A stretch of 64,000 bases of DNA from Camelus ferus (lineage: Eukaryota): the NCBI RefSeq assembly GCF_009834535.1, contig NC_045697.1, positions 16,432,001 to 16,496,000 of the forward strand, written 5' to 3'. Of the stretch, positions 39,931-52,690 are shown one piece after another; positions within the stretch are counted from its first letter, which is position 1, and every line of letters starts with the position of its first letter. The position numbers and the translations under genes were made by a program. The notes beneath the pieces are model-generated. The model made no database searches and was not told the DNA's origin. It saw only the letters and a program-made list of their open reading frames with translations.

Positions 39931-42283
39931 GCATCTGTCTTTCTTCCAATGCATATTCTAGGTGTGTTTGGGAACCTGTGTATTCATATTATAGGAAAAT
40001 AAGGCGTGGAATTTTCAGTAGTTTTCCACTGTTGAAAGGGCTGTTGTTGAAAATCACCAGGCCCACATACTCGAAGCCCAAGCCAAGCACTTCTTCTGTC
40101 CTTTGAGGCATGTGGGAAGCACAGAGGGAGAGAAAATACGCAGAGCCAACCCATCAGCTACCAGTGGTCATGTGAATCTTACACAGGGTGTATTATGCTC
40201 TGCCCAAGTGATACATCTTTATTTTCCCTATGTTATGGGGGCAGGAGAAAAGGCAAAATACTAAATGGTACATGAGGCCAAGGGGTGATTGCTACCCTGG
40301 GTGCAGGCTAGTATTTCTGTGGTCTCTGTACAATCCAGATACTTTATAATCATTATTTTATTTTCTTTTCCCAACAACACTGTTAGATGCTGGTTATTAT
40401 GAGACTTTTACAGACGGTGAGACTGAGCTTAATGACATTCAGTATCACCCCATTTTCACCAGTAACAATGGGGAGAGCAGATTTCCCAAGGAGCATGTCT
40501 GAACCTATTACTCAGTCCACTATTACACAAGAGCGAAGAGAGGATTTCTGCCCTAGAGCAGGGTTGGCACTTGATTAAATATGAAACAGCTTAAGAATAC
40601 CTGTGATACCTCCCACCTGTAACTTTCCTATCTTATCTATTCCACGACCTTATCTTCCCCTTGGAGTACCCAGCCCCCTACCATTTAGGCATCTGATACT
40701 CTTAGCTTGTCTGAGTTTCCTCCAAGAGGACCATCTCACTTAGATGCTAGCCAAGAACTTGTTCTTTGTTGTTGTTGTTTTTTGCTTGTTTGCTGTTTAG
40801 ATTGTTATTGTATTTGGTTTTTTGCCTTATCTAGAGGACCACAGATAAAGGATACATTATTTCTTTCCTATCTGATATTGTTTAATTCAAAGAAATGAAT
40901 CTCTAAAAGTAGAGTTTCATTCTCTTGAACTGAAAACAGACCATGTAAACATTAAACTTCTTATCACCAAAATGAAGAGAAATCTTGCTAATTATCAATG
41001 CACCCGGGGTCCATTTGGCACCAGAAGCCCTAATATCAGAGATTATAAGAGAAAGTAAGTCAACTGGTCTTGAAAAAGAGTCCCTGGAGACAATCAAGGT
41101 AGAAATAAATCTCAAAAGTTTGGTGTGTGGATGTTTATCTTGCTAGATACCGTCAGTAGTTTTCTGTAGCTGCTTACTGAGCTGGCTCATGTTTAATTTG
41201 AGCAACCTTGTGGAGAGACCTGTTTAAGTGGCACTATCAAACAATAGCAGGAAGAGGAGAGATAAGAAGAAAGTATAAAAGGATTATTAAAGAGATGCTG
41301 GGGGTGGAATTTATCTCTCCAAACAAATCAGCGTGTTCTGGACTTAACAGAAGAATCCTGTAATAGGTGGACAGATAGGAAACTGTTATTTTCCAGAACT
41401 CAGTAGCATGTAAGTGGTTTTACTCTGATTTTTGGACAGCGAATTGGGGAAGGGAGATTGTGACTTTCAGATTACTATTTTTATAACATATTTTCTAAGA
41501 TCCTAACATCCTAAATACTCTGATTTTTAAACAAAGGATGAAAGTGGAGGGAGGGGCAGGGGTTTGAGCATGTCTTCCCTAATTCTCCATCCATAATGTA
41601 GCTATATAGGAAAGAAATCTGTTGATCCCTTTTGCAACCCTAAGACATCTCACAGCAGCACTCAGATAAGCTTTGGCCAGTTACATCAATACAGTAGTTT
41701 TACTAAGCAGTCAGAGTATAAAAGAAAGAGAGTAGAGAGACTAATTATTAGTTAGAGGCTGAGTTTGGCTTTTATTGTCTCTGTTACCTGGCTAGACACA
41801 GTAAATTTTCAACATGTGTTCCTTGCATTTCTCTATCATGGAAGAGAATTAATAATGTGCATGTATTGATTTTTTATTTGTATAGCTGTTGAAACAAAGG
41901 GGCTGAAGTAAAGAATCCAGGATTCTATTTCACCAATCAGTTTATATTTGTTAAGAAATTAATACATAGCCACCTCTGTGGGGATCCGGAGAAGGACTAT
42001 CAGAAACAGAGTGACCTTTCTTCAGGTACTTACAGAAGAGATGGGCTGACCAAACACACACACAACAATCAGGGCGTGGGGCAAGATGCTATAGCTTCGA
42101 TTACTTTCATTTCCTTTTCTGTGTTAACTGGCATTACAAAATTATTGGAATCTTCCATAGAAATAAAGATCTAGCACAAAGGTTTGAACGACTAGCTATG
42201 TATCCAGTTACCTGTGAATTTCTAAAAATTTAGGTGGACCGGCTCCACTCTCGATGAAATAAATCAGAATCTCCCTGGATAAG

Positions 42284-42668
42284 TGTTACAGATGAAATAT
42301 TTGAGCACCCCTCCAAAATTCATACATTGAAGCCCTGACTCCCAACGTGATGGTATTTGGAGATGAGATCTCTGGAAGTAGATGAGGTAATGAGGGTGGG
42401 GTCCTCATTATGGAATTAGTGCCCTTATAAGAAGAGACACCAGAGAGCTTGCTCTCACTGTCTGTGCTCTCATGAAGAAGAGATCATGTGAGTCCATAGC
42501 AAGAAGGAGGCCGTCTGTATCTTAAGGGGAGCGTTCTCACCAGAACCCAACCACGAAGCACCCTGATCCTGAATCCCCAACGTCCAGAACTATAAGAAGA
42601 TAAATGTCTGTTCTTTCAGCCACCCGGTCTGTGGTGTTTTGTCATGGCAGCCTGAGCTGACTAAGACA
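42284..42668 (+). mobile_element. MLT1A-type solo LTR, apparently inserted in a MER5-like fragment (about 42170-42283)
   Basis: tgttacag...ctccaaaattcatacattgaagccctgactcccaacgtgatggtatttggagatg...gcagcctgagctgactaagaca. Confidence 0.9.
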
Positions 42669-42863
42669 GTGAGCCTTGAACTTTGTGATGAACTGAGTTC
42701 CTAGTCTTCCTGCTTCTACTAAACTATTTTTATGAGACAATAATTAATTTTTTCAAAATTTTCCTCATTGTCTCATTTTCTCATTGTTTATCAACCACTC
42801 AGCTGTAGTCACTGCCTTAGTAGGAGAGTGAATATAGCCCAGGAAAAAAAACAGACTTAATCA

Positions 42864-43318
42864 CGTTGTGGGTTAAACTGTGACCCACTGGGGGAAAAAA
42901 AAAAGGAGAGATACTGAAGTTCTAATGTCCAGGACTTCAGAATGCAACCTTATTTTGGGACAGGGTCTTTGCAGAGCTAACAAAGTTAAAATGAGGTCAC
43001 TAAGGTGGGCCTTAATCTAAATGACTCATATCCTTCTAGAAAGGGGAAATCTGGACACAGAGACATAGGGAAAACACCGTCGGAAGATGGAATTATGCTC
43101 TCCCAAGCCAAGGAACACCAAAGATTTCCAGCAAACCACCAGGAACTAGGAGAGAGTCATGGAACGGGTGCTTCCTCACAGCCCTCAGAAGGAGCCAACT
43201 CCACTGACACTGCAGTTTAGGACTTCCAGCCTCCAGAGCTGTGAGACAATAACTTTCCATTCTTTAAGCCACTTGGTTTGCAATACTTTGTTAATGGCAA
43301 CTCGAGCAGATTAATACA
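42864..43318 (+). mobile_element. MLT1C-type solo LTR with a perfect 5-bp TSD (AATCA)
   Basis: MLT1C-like body; AATCA at 42859-42863 and 43319-43323. Confidence 0.9.
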
Positions 43319-43463
43319 AATCATCTGATAGCTAAAGCACTTATGATTTCCAAGAGCCAAGATTTTGAGGAAAGATTGCTTGCTTGCTTGCTTGTTTAGC
43401 ATTTTTTTTTCCCTAGAATCTACCGTTGTATGTCAAGATTCAAAGTCCTGTTAACACTGAGAT

Positions 43464-43640
43464 CAGTTATTCTCAAAATTTAATGTGCATCAAAATGGCA
43501 GGAAGGGTTTGCTAAAACACACGTTGATGGGCTCATCCTCAGAGTTTCTGAATCAATAGGCCTGAGATGGGGCCTACGGATCTGCCTTCCTAATAAGCTA
43601 TTAGGTGATACTAATGATGCTAGTTCGAGGACAGAGATGA
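43464..43640 (-). mobile_element. MER5A MITE
   Basis: cagttattctcaaa...cagagtttctgaatcaataggcctgagatggggcc. Confidence 0.8.
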
Positions 43641-43735
43641 ATGTTGGCTGACAAAAGAGCCCTTTTAATAACCACATGGTGATGAGAGCTGGAGCAGTTG
43701 GCAGAGGGAGGAATCAGTGAGTAAACACAGAAGCC

Positions 43736-43749
43736 ACGCCCCCTGGGGG
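43736..43749 (-). promoter_or_regulatory. Candidate CTCF motif
   Basis: Reverse complement CCCCCAGGGGGCGT matches the CTCF core CCACCAGGGGGCGC at 12/14; CpG retained. Confidence 0.45.
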
Positions 43750-44334
43750 CAGAGAGCTGGTCCTGGAATCTGTAGAACAGGGCAGCTGACTCAGTAGTTT
43801 TCCAAAAGGAGGGTAACTGTAAGTCATGAGGAATTTCACAGGTTTAGTGGTTCAGATATTTTCCTACACATGGCCATGTTTTCCAAAACATCCTCACAAT
43901 TCTGGGAGAGCTGGATTACTAGAGGTGGGGTTAGAAGGGAGTTTCAGGCAGAGTGGAAGAGCAAACAGCATGTGCAAACCCTCGTGAAAATATAACACAC
44001 GTTCAAGTTGAAAGAATGCCGGAGGGGCTGGAATGTGGACGGTGGGGCAGCCCACCTCTGTAAGCCTGGAGGTGGGAGAGCACTTCTCAGAGACAAGACT
44101 GTAGATTGTAGACTGGGTGGGCACCCTAGGAGGTTAAAGCAGTTAACTCAGTTTGGCTGTTTCAGAGGTTAAAGAAACCCCTACCTGTCTACCAGATCTT
44201 CCGCATTTGTACTAAGCATAAAGGTGAAGACATGATAAGGATTCTTCATGAATTTCCTGCAATCCCCTGAGTCCAACCTTTACAGGCCAGTTGGTAGCCA
44301 GGTCAACAGAGCAGCATTGCATTTTTAATAGAGA

Positions 44335-45076
44335 GCGTCTTAGGTCAGATTCTCCAGAAGCAGACTCTGAGACAAGATTCATGTGGATGTGACTTAGTAA
44401 GGAACTATCTTAGGAAAAACTGTCAAGAAGTGGAGGAAGCACAGGAAAGGAGAAGTCAGAACAGGGTGCTTTCCTGACCCCGTTGCTGAAGGGGAACTCT
44501 GGAGGATAAATCACACTGTAGGGTTATCTTGATCTGAATAGGGTCAGGAGAATTCCCAAGAGCTGTTCTCCAAGAGATGAGCTTCCTGATAGCCATTGGA
44601 AGCCAAAACATACCAAAACCAGGAGAAGAATGCAGAGAAATGGTAAAGAGTAGCTGTCTTAGTCTGCTTGGGCAGATGTAACCAAATAGACTGGGTGACT
44701 AAAACAACACAAATTCATTTTCTCATGGTTCTGGATGCTGAGAAGTTTAAGATTAAGGAGTCATCCAATTCAGTTTCTGGTGAAGTCTTTCTCCTTGGGT
44801 TGCAGACAAGGGATTTTCACTATGTCTTCAGTATCAATGCACGTAGGGAGAGAGAAAAAGGTATCTTTTTCTTCTTCTTAGAAGGACTCTAATTCCATCC
44901 TGTGGGCCCCACACTTGTAACCTAACCCCATTACTTCCCCAAAAGCCTATGTCCAAATACCACTACACTGGATGTTAGGACTTCAGTATATGAATTTGGG
45001 GAAGACACAAAGATTTAGTTCATAACAGAAGCCATGTGGATATGGTTGAAATGTGGTTAATAGCATCTGGTAGTAC
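44335..45076 (-). mobile_element. ERVL-class LTR (LTR33/LTR16-like), split by an MLT1A
   Basis: gtcttaggtcagattctccagaagcagactctgagacaagattc. Confidence 0.55.
44655..45027 (-). mobile_element. MLT1A-type solo LTR
   Basis: tgtcttagtctgcttgggc...gatttagttcataaca; TSD GTAGC/GAAGC (4/5). Confidence 0.85.
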
Positions 45077-45849
45077 ACCTTTCCTTGTCTGCTTCTAGTC
45101 TTTCCTGATGCTGGCCTCAATCAGGATCACTTCAACCCATCAAATGTGTTCTAAATGTTTGGAAACCCCTCCACTGATTTAGGGAACTCATTTCTGCAAA
45201 ATTTCCCGCTTGCCCAGCTCTTGTGGTTGTGTGCTGGGGGGAGCACCAGAGGCTGACTCAGCCTGAGTTTGAGCCCTAATTGAGTCAAAAAGACATGCTA
45301 CCTTTGGAAGATTAGATTTGGATTTGTTCTGCATTTATTTAAGTGAAAGGTCACAGGGATGACTCTCTCAGAACAATGGAAGCCTATTGTTAAGGAAGCA
45401 TCTGAGTGTGCAGCTCCAGAAACAGACAACAGACAGCAATGTCCAGATGGTGATTCTCCAGCTTAACAAAACAAAGTCCCTTTCCTGGAAGTGCCGCCGT
45501 GCACCAAAGGTAACATCAAGCAGCCTTAGCTCAAAAGAGAAGGAAGAATATTCTTCTGGAAAAGTATTTCATTTTTTTCCCTTGCACTGTAGTTCAGTTC
45601 CTCCCTGAAGCCTATTCCAAGCCGAGGATGGAAAAGAATCACCCAAGAGATCAATATGAACATCATCCCTGGCATCTTCCCTTCTCACTGAGCTTGCTGA
45701 CTTTGCAGTCTTCAATTTTACGTTGTTTCTGGTGTATGTGTGTGTATATGCACACACACATATACTAGATTTTTTTTTTTTTTTTGCTTTAAAACCCTCT
45801 GTTGGTCTTCATGCTGACTGTAAGCATTTAAATAAAGAGTTGTAGAAGA

Positions 45850-46085
45850 AATACATTAGCGTTTGTGCTCTGGCATCACACGGAACTGGATTTGAGTCAG
45901 TTTCACCACTCTTGTTATAACACTAAGCGTTGCTGAGACCTAAACATCTCATCTGTAAAGTAGAGCTAATTATATCTTATCTCAATTAGTTGTCACAAGG
46001 AATATATCAGATTACATTTGTAACGCTTCCAATTCAGTGCCTGGCACACAGTCATAAGTAAGATAATTATTTACTATTGTCGAAT
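45850..46085 (+). mobile_element. MIR SINE
   Basis: ctcatctgtaaagtagagctaat...cagtgcctggcacacagt. Confidence 0.75.
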
Positions 46086-46259
46086 AACAATATTTTTAAA
46101 AAGAATTTCAGGTAATATAGTAAATAAAGAAGGCTGAGAATATCGATGCACGTGCTTAAAGCAAAAAATAATCCATATTCTATTAACTCAACTACCCTCT
46201 AAACATATTTTTAATTGGGAGGAGTCAGTTTGACAATGAAATTTTTAGAATGAACAAAC

Positions 46260-46420
46260 CTGAGTGCTGGAAGGAACCTTAGAATTAAGTATTCTTCACT
46301 TTTAGATGATCAAACTAAGGCACCAAAGATGCTCTGTCTTGCTCAAGGTCAAATAGCCCCCAGGCAGAGGTAGCACTGAAACACGGTGCTATCACTCTAC
46401 CACAATCTATTAGACCTCAG
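46260..46420 (-). mobile_element. MIR fragment
   Basis: gctggaaggaaccttaga...cacttttagatgatcaaactaaggcacc...cttgctcaaggtca. Confidence 0.7.
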
Positions 46421-47170
46421 TTCTTATTTGCTGAAGGAGTGCATCAGTTTCTTTTTAGAATTCATGGATGTACAAATTTATAAAGCTGACTCAGGACAAG
46501 CAATCCCATGTAACATGTCGCCCAAACAACTGAGCTTTGGTTTGACACACATCATTTCTATGTATCAGAAATGTTTACATCAATGCCTGAACACATTCCA
46601 AAGTCTTGGAAGTGGGAGAGAAGGGTTTAAAAAGCAAACAAACCTTAGTCATGTTATTAAAGGACACTTGCTTTGGAATGGAACTCTGGCGTGTTTAATT
46701 ATCAACATGTGCCTTTCCATCCCCGGCCTATTAAATCATCTGGCCTGCTAATAATAGCCTGTTTAGCCATCAGGAGAAGATGGATGAGGTTTAGTTCCCA
46801 TTTTCAAATCCGAGGGATCTGCCCTGTTTCTGAATTATCTGCAGATGAAGATTAGTCACTGAGGCATCTGTAGGTTGTGCAGAGGACATCCGAGTCTTGG
46901 CCGGCACATTTATCCTCACCAGCGTGCCCCTCCCTCTCCTCCAGGGCTTCCACTGGTGAACAGAGACGGAAAGAGCCAAGGTTAAATGTAGGGAAGGAAA
47001 CCTTACCAATTAAAAGCTGCTTTTAGCATTTGTAAACTGGATGTCATTGCTTCCTGTTCTTAAACCATCTGTGAAGAGATCACCTATTTAGCTTGGCAAA
47101 GGACTGCTTTCGCAAAGACAGCTGTTTTTTTTTTTTTTCCCCCTCTTTGTTCTTTTTAATCCATATCTAG

Positions 47171-47853
47171 TGTTCCTGTTACCTGTTGATGTGTAACAAA
47201 CTATCCCAAAATGTAGTGGTTTAAAACAAAAATTCATTTGGATCATGCTTCTGTGGTTGGGGAATTTAGGAAGAGCTCCCTTCACCAGGTGTCCCATCTC
47301 CTCTCCATGAGGTGTTACCTGGAGCAGCCTGACCAGTGTGAGGGGATCCACTTCCAAGATGGTTCACTCACAGGGCCAGCAAGTCGGTGCTGGTGTTGGC
47401 TGGGAGTTTGGCTTAGTCTTTTGTCAGGGTAACTTGGTTGTGATCCATGAGGTCTCATCCGCAGTCCAATCGGACTTCCTTACAGCAGGAGCCGCTGAGG
47501 GAGTTCCCGAATAAGTGTCCTTTCAGCCCCGTGAAAGCGGCAGGACACCTTTTGACTTAGTCTCAGAAGCCCCAGAGGCCATTTTTGCTGCATCCATTGG
47601 TCAGGCAAGTCACTTAAGGCAAAGTTCAGATTCCAAGGGTTGGAAAATAAACTCCCTCTCTTAAGGATAGAACAGCAAAGATTTTGCAAAAATCTTTTTT
47701 TTTTTTCAACTGATTACAATGTTGTGTCAGTTTCTCTTGTACAGCATAATGTTTCAGTCATACATATACACACGTATATTCTTTTTCCTTATAGGTTACT
47801 ACAAGATATTGAATATAGTTCCCTGTGCGGTAGACATCTTTTAATATATTACA
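47171..47853 (-). mobile_element. MLT1 (F/G/H-like) LTR interrupted by a short L1 tail
   Basis: gtgtaacaaactatcccaaaatgtagtggtttaaaacaa...ggatccacttccaagatggttcactcac. Confidence 0.8.
47699..47829 (-). mobile_element. Severely 5'-truncated young L1 3' end (about 130 bp)
   Basis: Poly-T followed by gtacagcataatgtttcagtcatacatatac...; degenerate TSD gcaaaaatctttt (47686-98) / gtagacatctttt (47830-42). Confidence 0.8.
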
Positions 47854-49089
47854 TCAAGGAAAATCAAACTCTTAACTGTTAGATTTTAGCTAACCCCCCT
47901 CCACCACACAAATGAGCTGATGTTTCGCAGAAGCTTAAAAGTATTTTTAGTTTATCCATTAGGTCTCCCTCCAGTCATGATATTTAATATTTAATAAATT
48001 AGTCGATTTGTTTATTTAATATTTAATTTAATACATTTTTGTGATGTTTTCAAACTGATTTCAATATCAATCAATCAAATTTCATTAATTTTTTTGGTAA
48101 TTATTCCTTTCCTTTCCCAGTCCATTCCCATATTGATTATAATACTCCAAATGCCAGTCTGGATTCTAAATAACAGTCAGTAACAAATAGTGGAAGCTTC
48201 AACACAACATTCTCTACGAAAGCAAGGCAGACAAGGGAAAAAATAATTAAAAAACATTTTCCAAGCTAAAGAAGAATCTTAACAATGGCAGAGCTTTTGA
48301 GATATTTAGGTGGCTTTCATGCCACCCTTTCTCTTTTATGTCCCCAAGGAGTAAGGGTACAAAAAAATCAGTTTTGCAGATCTTATCAGTAGATCCCAAA
48401 GTAGAAATTAACTAGTAGTAAAAAAATCTCATACATTGAGCCCCTTTCATTTGCATATATTTGCATATGAATTCCCAACTAATTGTTGTGAAGTAACAAT
48501 TAAGAGAACAATAGAAGAAAGGAAAGGGGCCCCAGGCTGCAACAGACACCTGGGAGACTGTATTTAAAAAGCTTTTTAAATATTTGAATTTTTTTCAATA
48601 AAGACAAAGGCACTGAATCATGCACACACAATGCTACCGAAAGAATCAAAGTGGGAAAAAGTTCGCGACCAACTGATTCCACTTTTTGACGGAGAGAACT
48701 AATTCTTCCCACTCCAATCTTGAATATCAAGGCACTGTAATATGTTTAGAACCAAAGGCACTGTCTAGACACAGTGCTGAAGCCAGTTCTGAGATCCCCC
48801 TGCCCAGCTTGTAAGTTTGCACAAGCCCATCTTCAAACTGCTATTTTAAAATAGTTGCTGAATGTTCCTTTAGCAGAGAGCTTGTTTCCTTGGGACAAGG
48901 TGGCGTTCCTTTTCCCCCTTTGTCATCCTGAACAATTCAGCTCTGGCCCCAAGGTGGCTTACTTCTCTTAGCAAAACCAGTGACTTGCACTGAACCCTTT
49001 TCCACTTTTCTTAAAAAGAAACTTAGCAAACATCTGTGCTGTCTTGAGCACAGTCTTTGAGCGATCTTCCCCGTGATAAATTTTTTTTT

Positions 49090-49531
49090 TAATTGGCCTG
49101 CCTAGCACCTATTCCCTCTTCTGACAATACAAATCTAATTTTTCTTCGTACAACTTTATCTCTTATTTTCAGTCTTTGTGGCTTCTCAGGGGCCTCTCAC
49201 CCTCAGCTTTAAAAATAGAGTCAAAACAAAGGGGGCTACAGTTTAGTGATAGAGATGGACCAGAGTGAAGATAAACATAAAGGGGAAAGACAGAAGGGAA
49301 GAGACAGACAGAAGACTGCTGATGACATTAAGACCTTGAGTCCAACTCTGCCCCAAACTATATTTTCAAGCCAACTAATAGTCCTCCTCCAACACAGACA
49401 CACACACACCCAGCACACATGTACACACAGAAACATTTCATTAAATGATATGATATTAATAATCATTGTTATTGTGCTTAAGCTAGTGTGATTTGCATTT
49501 CTGTCACTTGAAATCAGGCTTTATTCATACA
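49090..49531 (+). mobile_element. Old MLT1 (J/K/L-like) LTR
   Basis: 3' end gcttaagctagtgtgatttgcattttctgtcacttgaaatc...ataca. Confidence 0.6.
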
Positions 49532-49875
49532 ACCCCTTACGAGCCCAAAGCAGAGTCTTCCTCCCAATTGTGTATAGTGCTGACCTTGAAAAGCACTGTC
49601 ACACCTAGACTTGTGTGTTAAATTCACTCCACTGGGCTTTCATATAAGTGCAAACACACCAATGGTAGCTTTTCCCAATTACTTATGTCTATTATGGGAT
49701 TATTTAACATCACTAACTAAATTACCCAATATAAAATTATTTAATTTATCTAGACCAGACTGTCCTGTTAATATACATACACACACTCACCTAATCCTCT
49801 TGTGTAAGGGTAAAAGGCCGCAATTACTCGTAATTCTCTAGGTGGGTACGTATCTAATTAGCGTCCCCATACGTG

Positions 49876-50312
49876 TGTGTATTCCGGTAGCTTTGCTGGA
49901 GTGACAAACAACTCCAACATCGCAGTGTCGTATAACACAAAGGCTTATTTCTTGCTTACATTACATGAAGGCTTTGGTCCAGTAGAGTTCTTCTCCAGTG
50001 GTGGCTCTGTTCTGTCTTCTCAGTTAGACCTCCAGACTGTAGGAGCAACTTCTATCCGGAATGTGACATTCTGAGAGCAGAAAGCAGAGGCAAGAGACTA
50101 AACTGAATCAGGCAATCATATTTAACAGCTTCTGCTCCAACCTGGCGCACATCACGTTCACTCAGATTACACTGGACAAGTCTACCAAAGGGACAGGAAA
50201 GTAGATGCCACTCACACTGTGGCTTAGCAAGTTACACGACAAAGACAAGGACATATAAACTCCTCACAAAGATGGGAGTGAATTGCTTTGAACAATAATA
50301 CAACCTGACACA
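49876..50312 (-). mobile_element. MLT1J-like LTR
   Basis: gtgacaaacaactccaacatcgcagtg...aacacaaaggcttatttcttgcttac. Confidence 0.7.
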
Positions 50313-51191
50313 ATAGATACAATCTGATGCAGTAGATTTGTGTCAGATTATATTACTCCCTTTAGCTGGCTGCTCCCTAGGTACCGCTATGGCTTGAATC
50401 CAGAACCAGGATTTCATTGGAATTCTAGTGTCTCTAATGAGAAAATTCACACACACAGAAAAACCATGCATGCCTGCAGTGGGAACCCATGCCCTGGAGC
50501 TATGAAAACTTAGGGCTCTTGCATTCTGCAGGGGAAGAAGTTCCCCTTCTATGATGGGCACCCCCATGGTCATTGCTTCATATAGTCTTACTCAGAAAGC
50601 TATATGAAAACAAGCAAACCCTAATGTGTTGGTCTTAATTGCAATTAGCAAATATTTTGACTCTGCTATCCTACTCCTCTGACGCTAGATTTTTTTTTTT
50701 TTTACAAATACGTAAAATGTGAACTCCTCAAATATTGATGCTATTAAGATGTTGTGGTTCATATTGGTGAGATTTACATTCAATAAATTTATTCATACAC
50801 TCATATATGCTAAGGCATTCTAGTCAATACAATTTTCTCCATTTTGTTATATTTCCAGTGATGTTTTAGGAATCCTTAAGTGGGCACTCTCTAGTAAGAG
50901 CAAATGTTTATCATCCGCCCCAAAGCTTAGAGACTTAAAACAACAATAATTATTTATGATCTTATAATTGATATGATCAGATATTTAAGAGCATCCTCAA
51001 CTCTGTGGTTCTGAAGTTGTAGACGAATGCTGGCTAGGGCTAGTGTCATGAAGTCTTCCTCACTCATGTGTATGGAACTGCAGCTGGGAAGACTTGGGTA
51101 TCTGGGAACAGCAGGGGCTCCTCAGGCATCTTTCTGTAACCTTATTTGGTGTCCTTTGTGATCTCCACCATGGCCTCTTCAGAACTACTCA

Positions 51192-51793
51192 TGTTACCAG
51201 AGAGTTAGGTCCTTGTCTCCTCACAGAAAATTTTCAGAGACAATACATAGATGTCAAGAAAGCAAAGTAAGGATTTATTTAGTGATAGTATGCTCTCGAG
51301 GAGAGACTGAACAGATTCAGGCTAGTAGCTGCACTGAGTTTCCTTGGCAAGCTGGTTATATGGGGCATAAAAATGAATAGGCAGACGTTCATTGGATAGG
51401 GAGGCGTTTGGGGTCATACTTCCTGATTTTTATCCCAGCTCCACCTTTCCAAGGGGAGGATGGACTATTGTTCTTATTTAGTCTTGATGGGAAATGTCAT
51501 GATGTCAGTTCATGATGGGTACTTCTTATCTGCAAGGCTAATCTTATTTTAATGAGGGCATAATGAGCCAAAGGTTACATCAGATGCTAGAGATTCCTGC
51601 CTTATCTCACCTTTCTCTGTCTACCTCCAAGAAATTTATCAAACCAAAATGTATGGTTTCTTATCAGTCTGGAGGTTCCTGCTTTTCTCTGTCTGCTCAA
51701 GGACCCCCATTGTTCACAAGGTATATGGTTTCCTGCCATTTGGCCCATGCCTCACTTTCTCTGCTCATATCTTGCTCTCTGCCTGCTCTAACA
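51192..51793 (-). mobile_element. ERV1-like solo LTR (602 bp), probably lineage-specific
   Basis: TGTTA...TAACA termini; 4-bp TSD CTCA/CTTA; minus-strand CCAAT (51391-95), ATATAA (51356-61) and AATAAA (51274-79) in LTR order. Confidence 0.75.
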
Positions 51794-51829
51794 CTTACAT
51801 GGCCAATTAGATCTCCAAAGGTACAAGTG

Positions 51830-51861
51830 TATATATACACACACACACATATATATATATA

Positions 51862-51894
<33 letters not shown>

Positions 51895-51902
51895 GAGAGA
51901 GA
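51830..51902. repeat. (TA)(CA)(TA)(GA) compound microsatellite
   Basis: Seen directly. Confidence 0.9.
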
Positions 51903-52554
51903 AGGGCTCCAGGTGAAACTGTATTACATTTTATAACCTGGCATCAGAAGTCAGGCAACTATCAATTTTGCCATGTTCTCATAGTCGAAACAGTTACAAA
52001 GACATGTTTAGCTTTGAGCAGATGGACCAGAGACTTCATCTCTCAACAGAGGATTGTCAGCATAACTTTGTAAGAAGAGTGTGTGGTATGAGATTAATAT
52101 CGGTATGATCATCATTGGAAAATCCAATTTGCCAAAAATACCCTGTCTTCCTTGCCCCTTAATCTAGTTCTGATGAGACACATTGGATTTGAATCAAAAA
52201 ATGTTACAGCTAAAAGGAACAGACCATAAAATTATCTTATGCTACTTTTTCCAATTGCCAATTCAGGAATTTAAGTGATTGCCCAAGGTAAGACACATAA
52301 TTAGATATAAATATGCTGAAAATTAGACTAGGAGTCCCTATTCTGAACCCTTTTCAGTGAATCACAGCAGCATGATCCATTTTATTGGTCTCCAATTTTA
52401 CAGGTCATGGCCATGGTGTAGTTACAAAGATAAAAACTGAATCTCAAGTTCTATTGACTTGCAAGTCAACTGTTATTTGGTCTTGGATATTTATTTGTTC
52501 AGATTTGTTAGCTGATAGTGATGCATACTTAAATTACCGGTCAAAAAGAGAACT

Positions 52555-52690
52555 AATTTCACACCTATACAAAATTAACCCCAAATGCACTATAGATTTA
52601 AATGTCAATGTAAAACTGTAAAGCTTTTAGTAGAAAAAAACCACAGAATATAATACCAGATTACTAAAGAACATAAAATGACACTTGGTA
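52555..52690 (+). mobile_element. L1 ORF2 fragment in sense orientation
   Basis: tcacacctatacaaaattaaccccaaatg...tagatttaaatgt...aaaactgtaaagcttttag. Confidence 0.7.

Larger units (their letters stand above)
50885..52137 (-). mobile_element. MLT1 (F/G-like) LTR split by an ERV LTR and a microsatellite
   Basis: cccaaagcttagagacttaaaacaac...; resumes cttacatggcc...ggcatcagaagtca...ggaaaatccaatttgcca. Confidence 0.7.
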
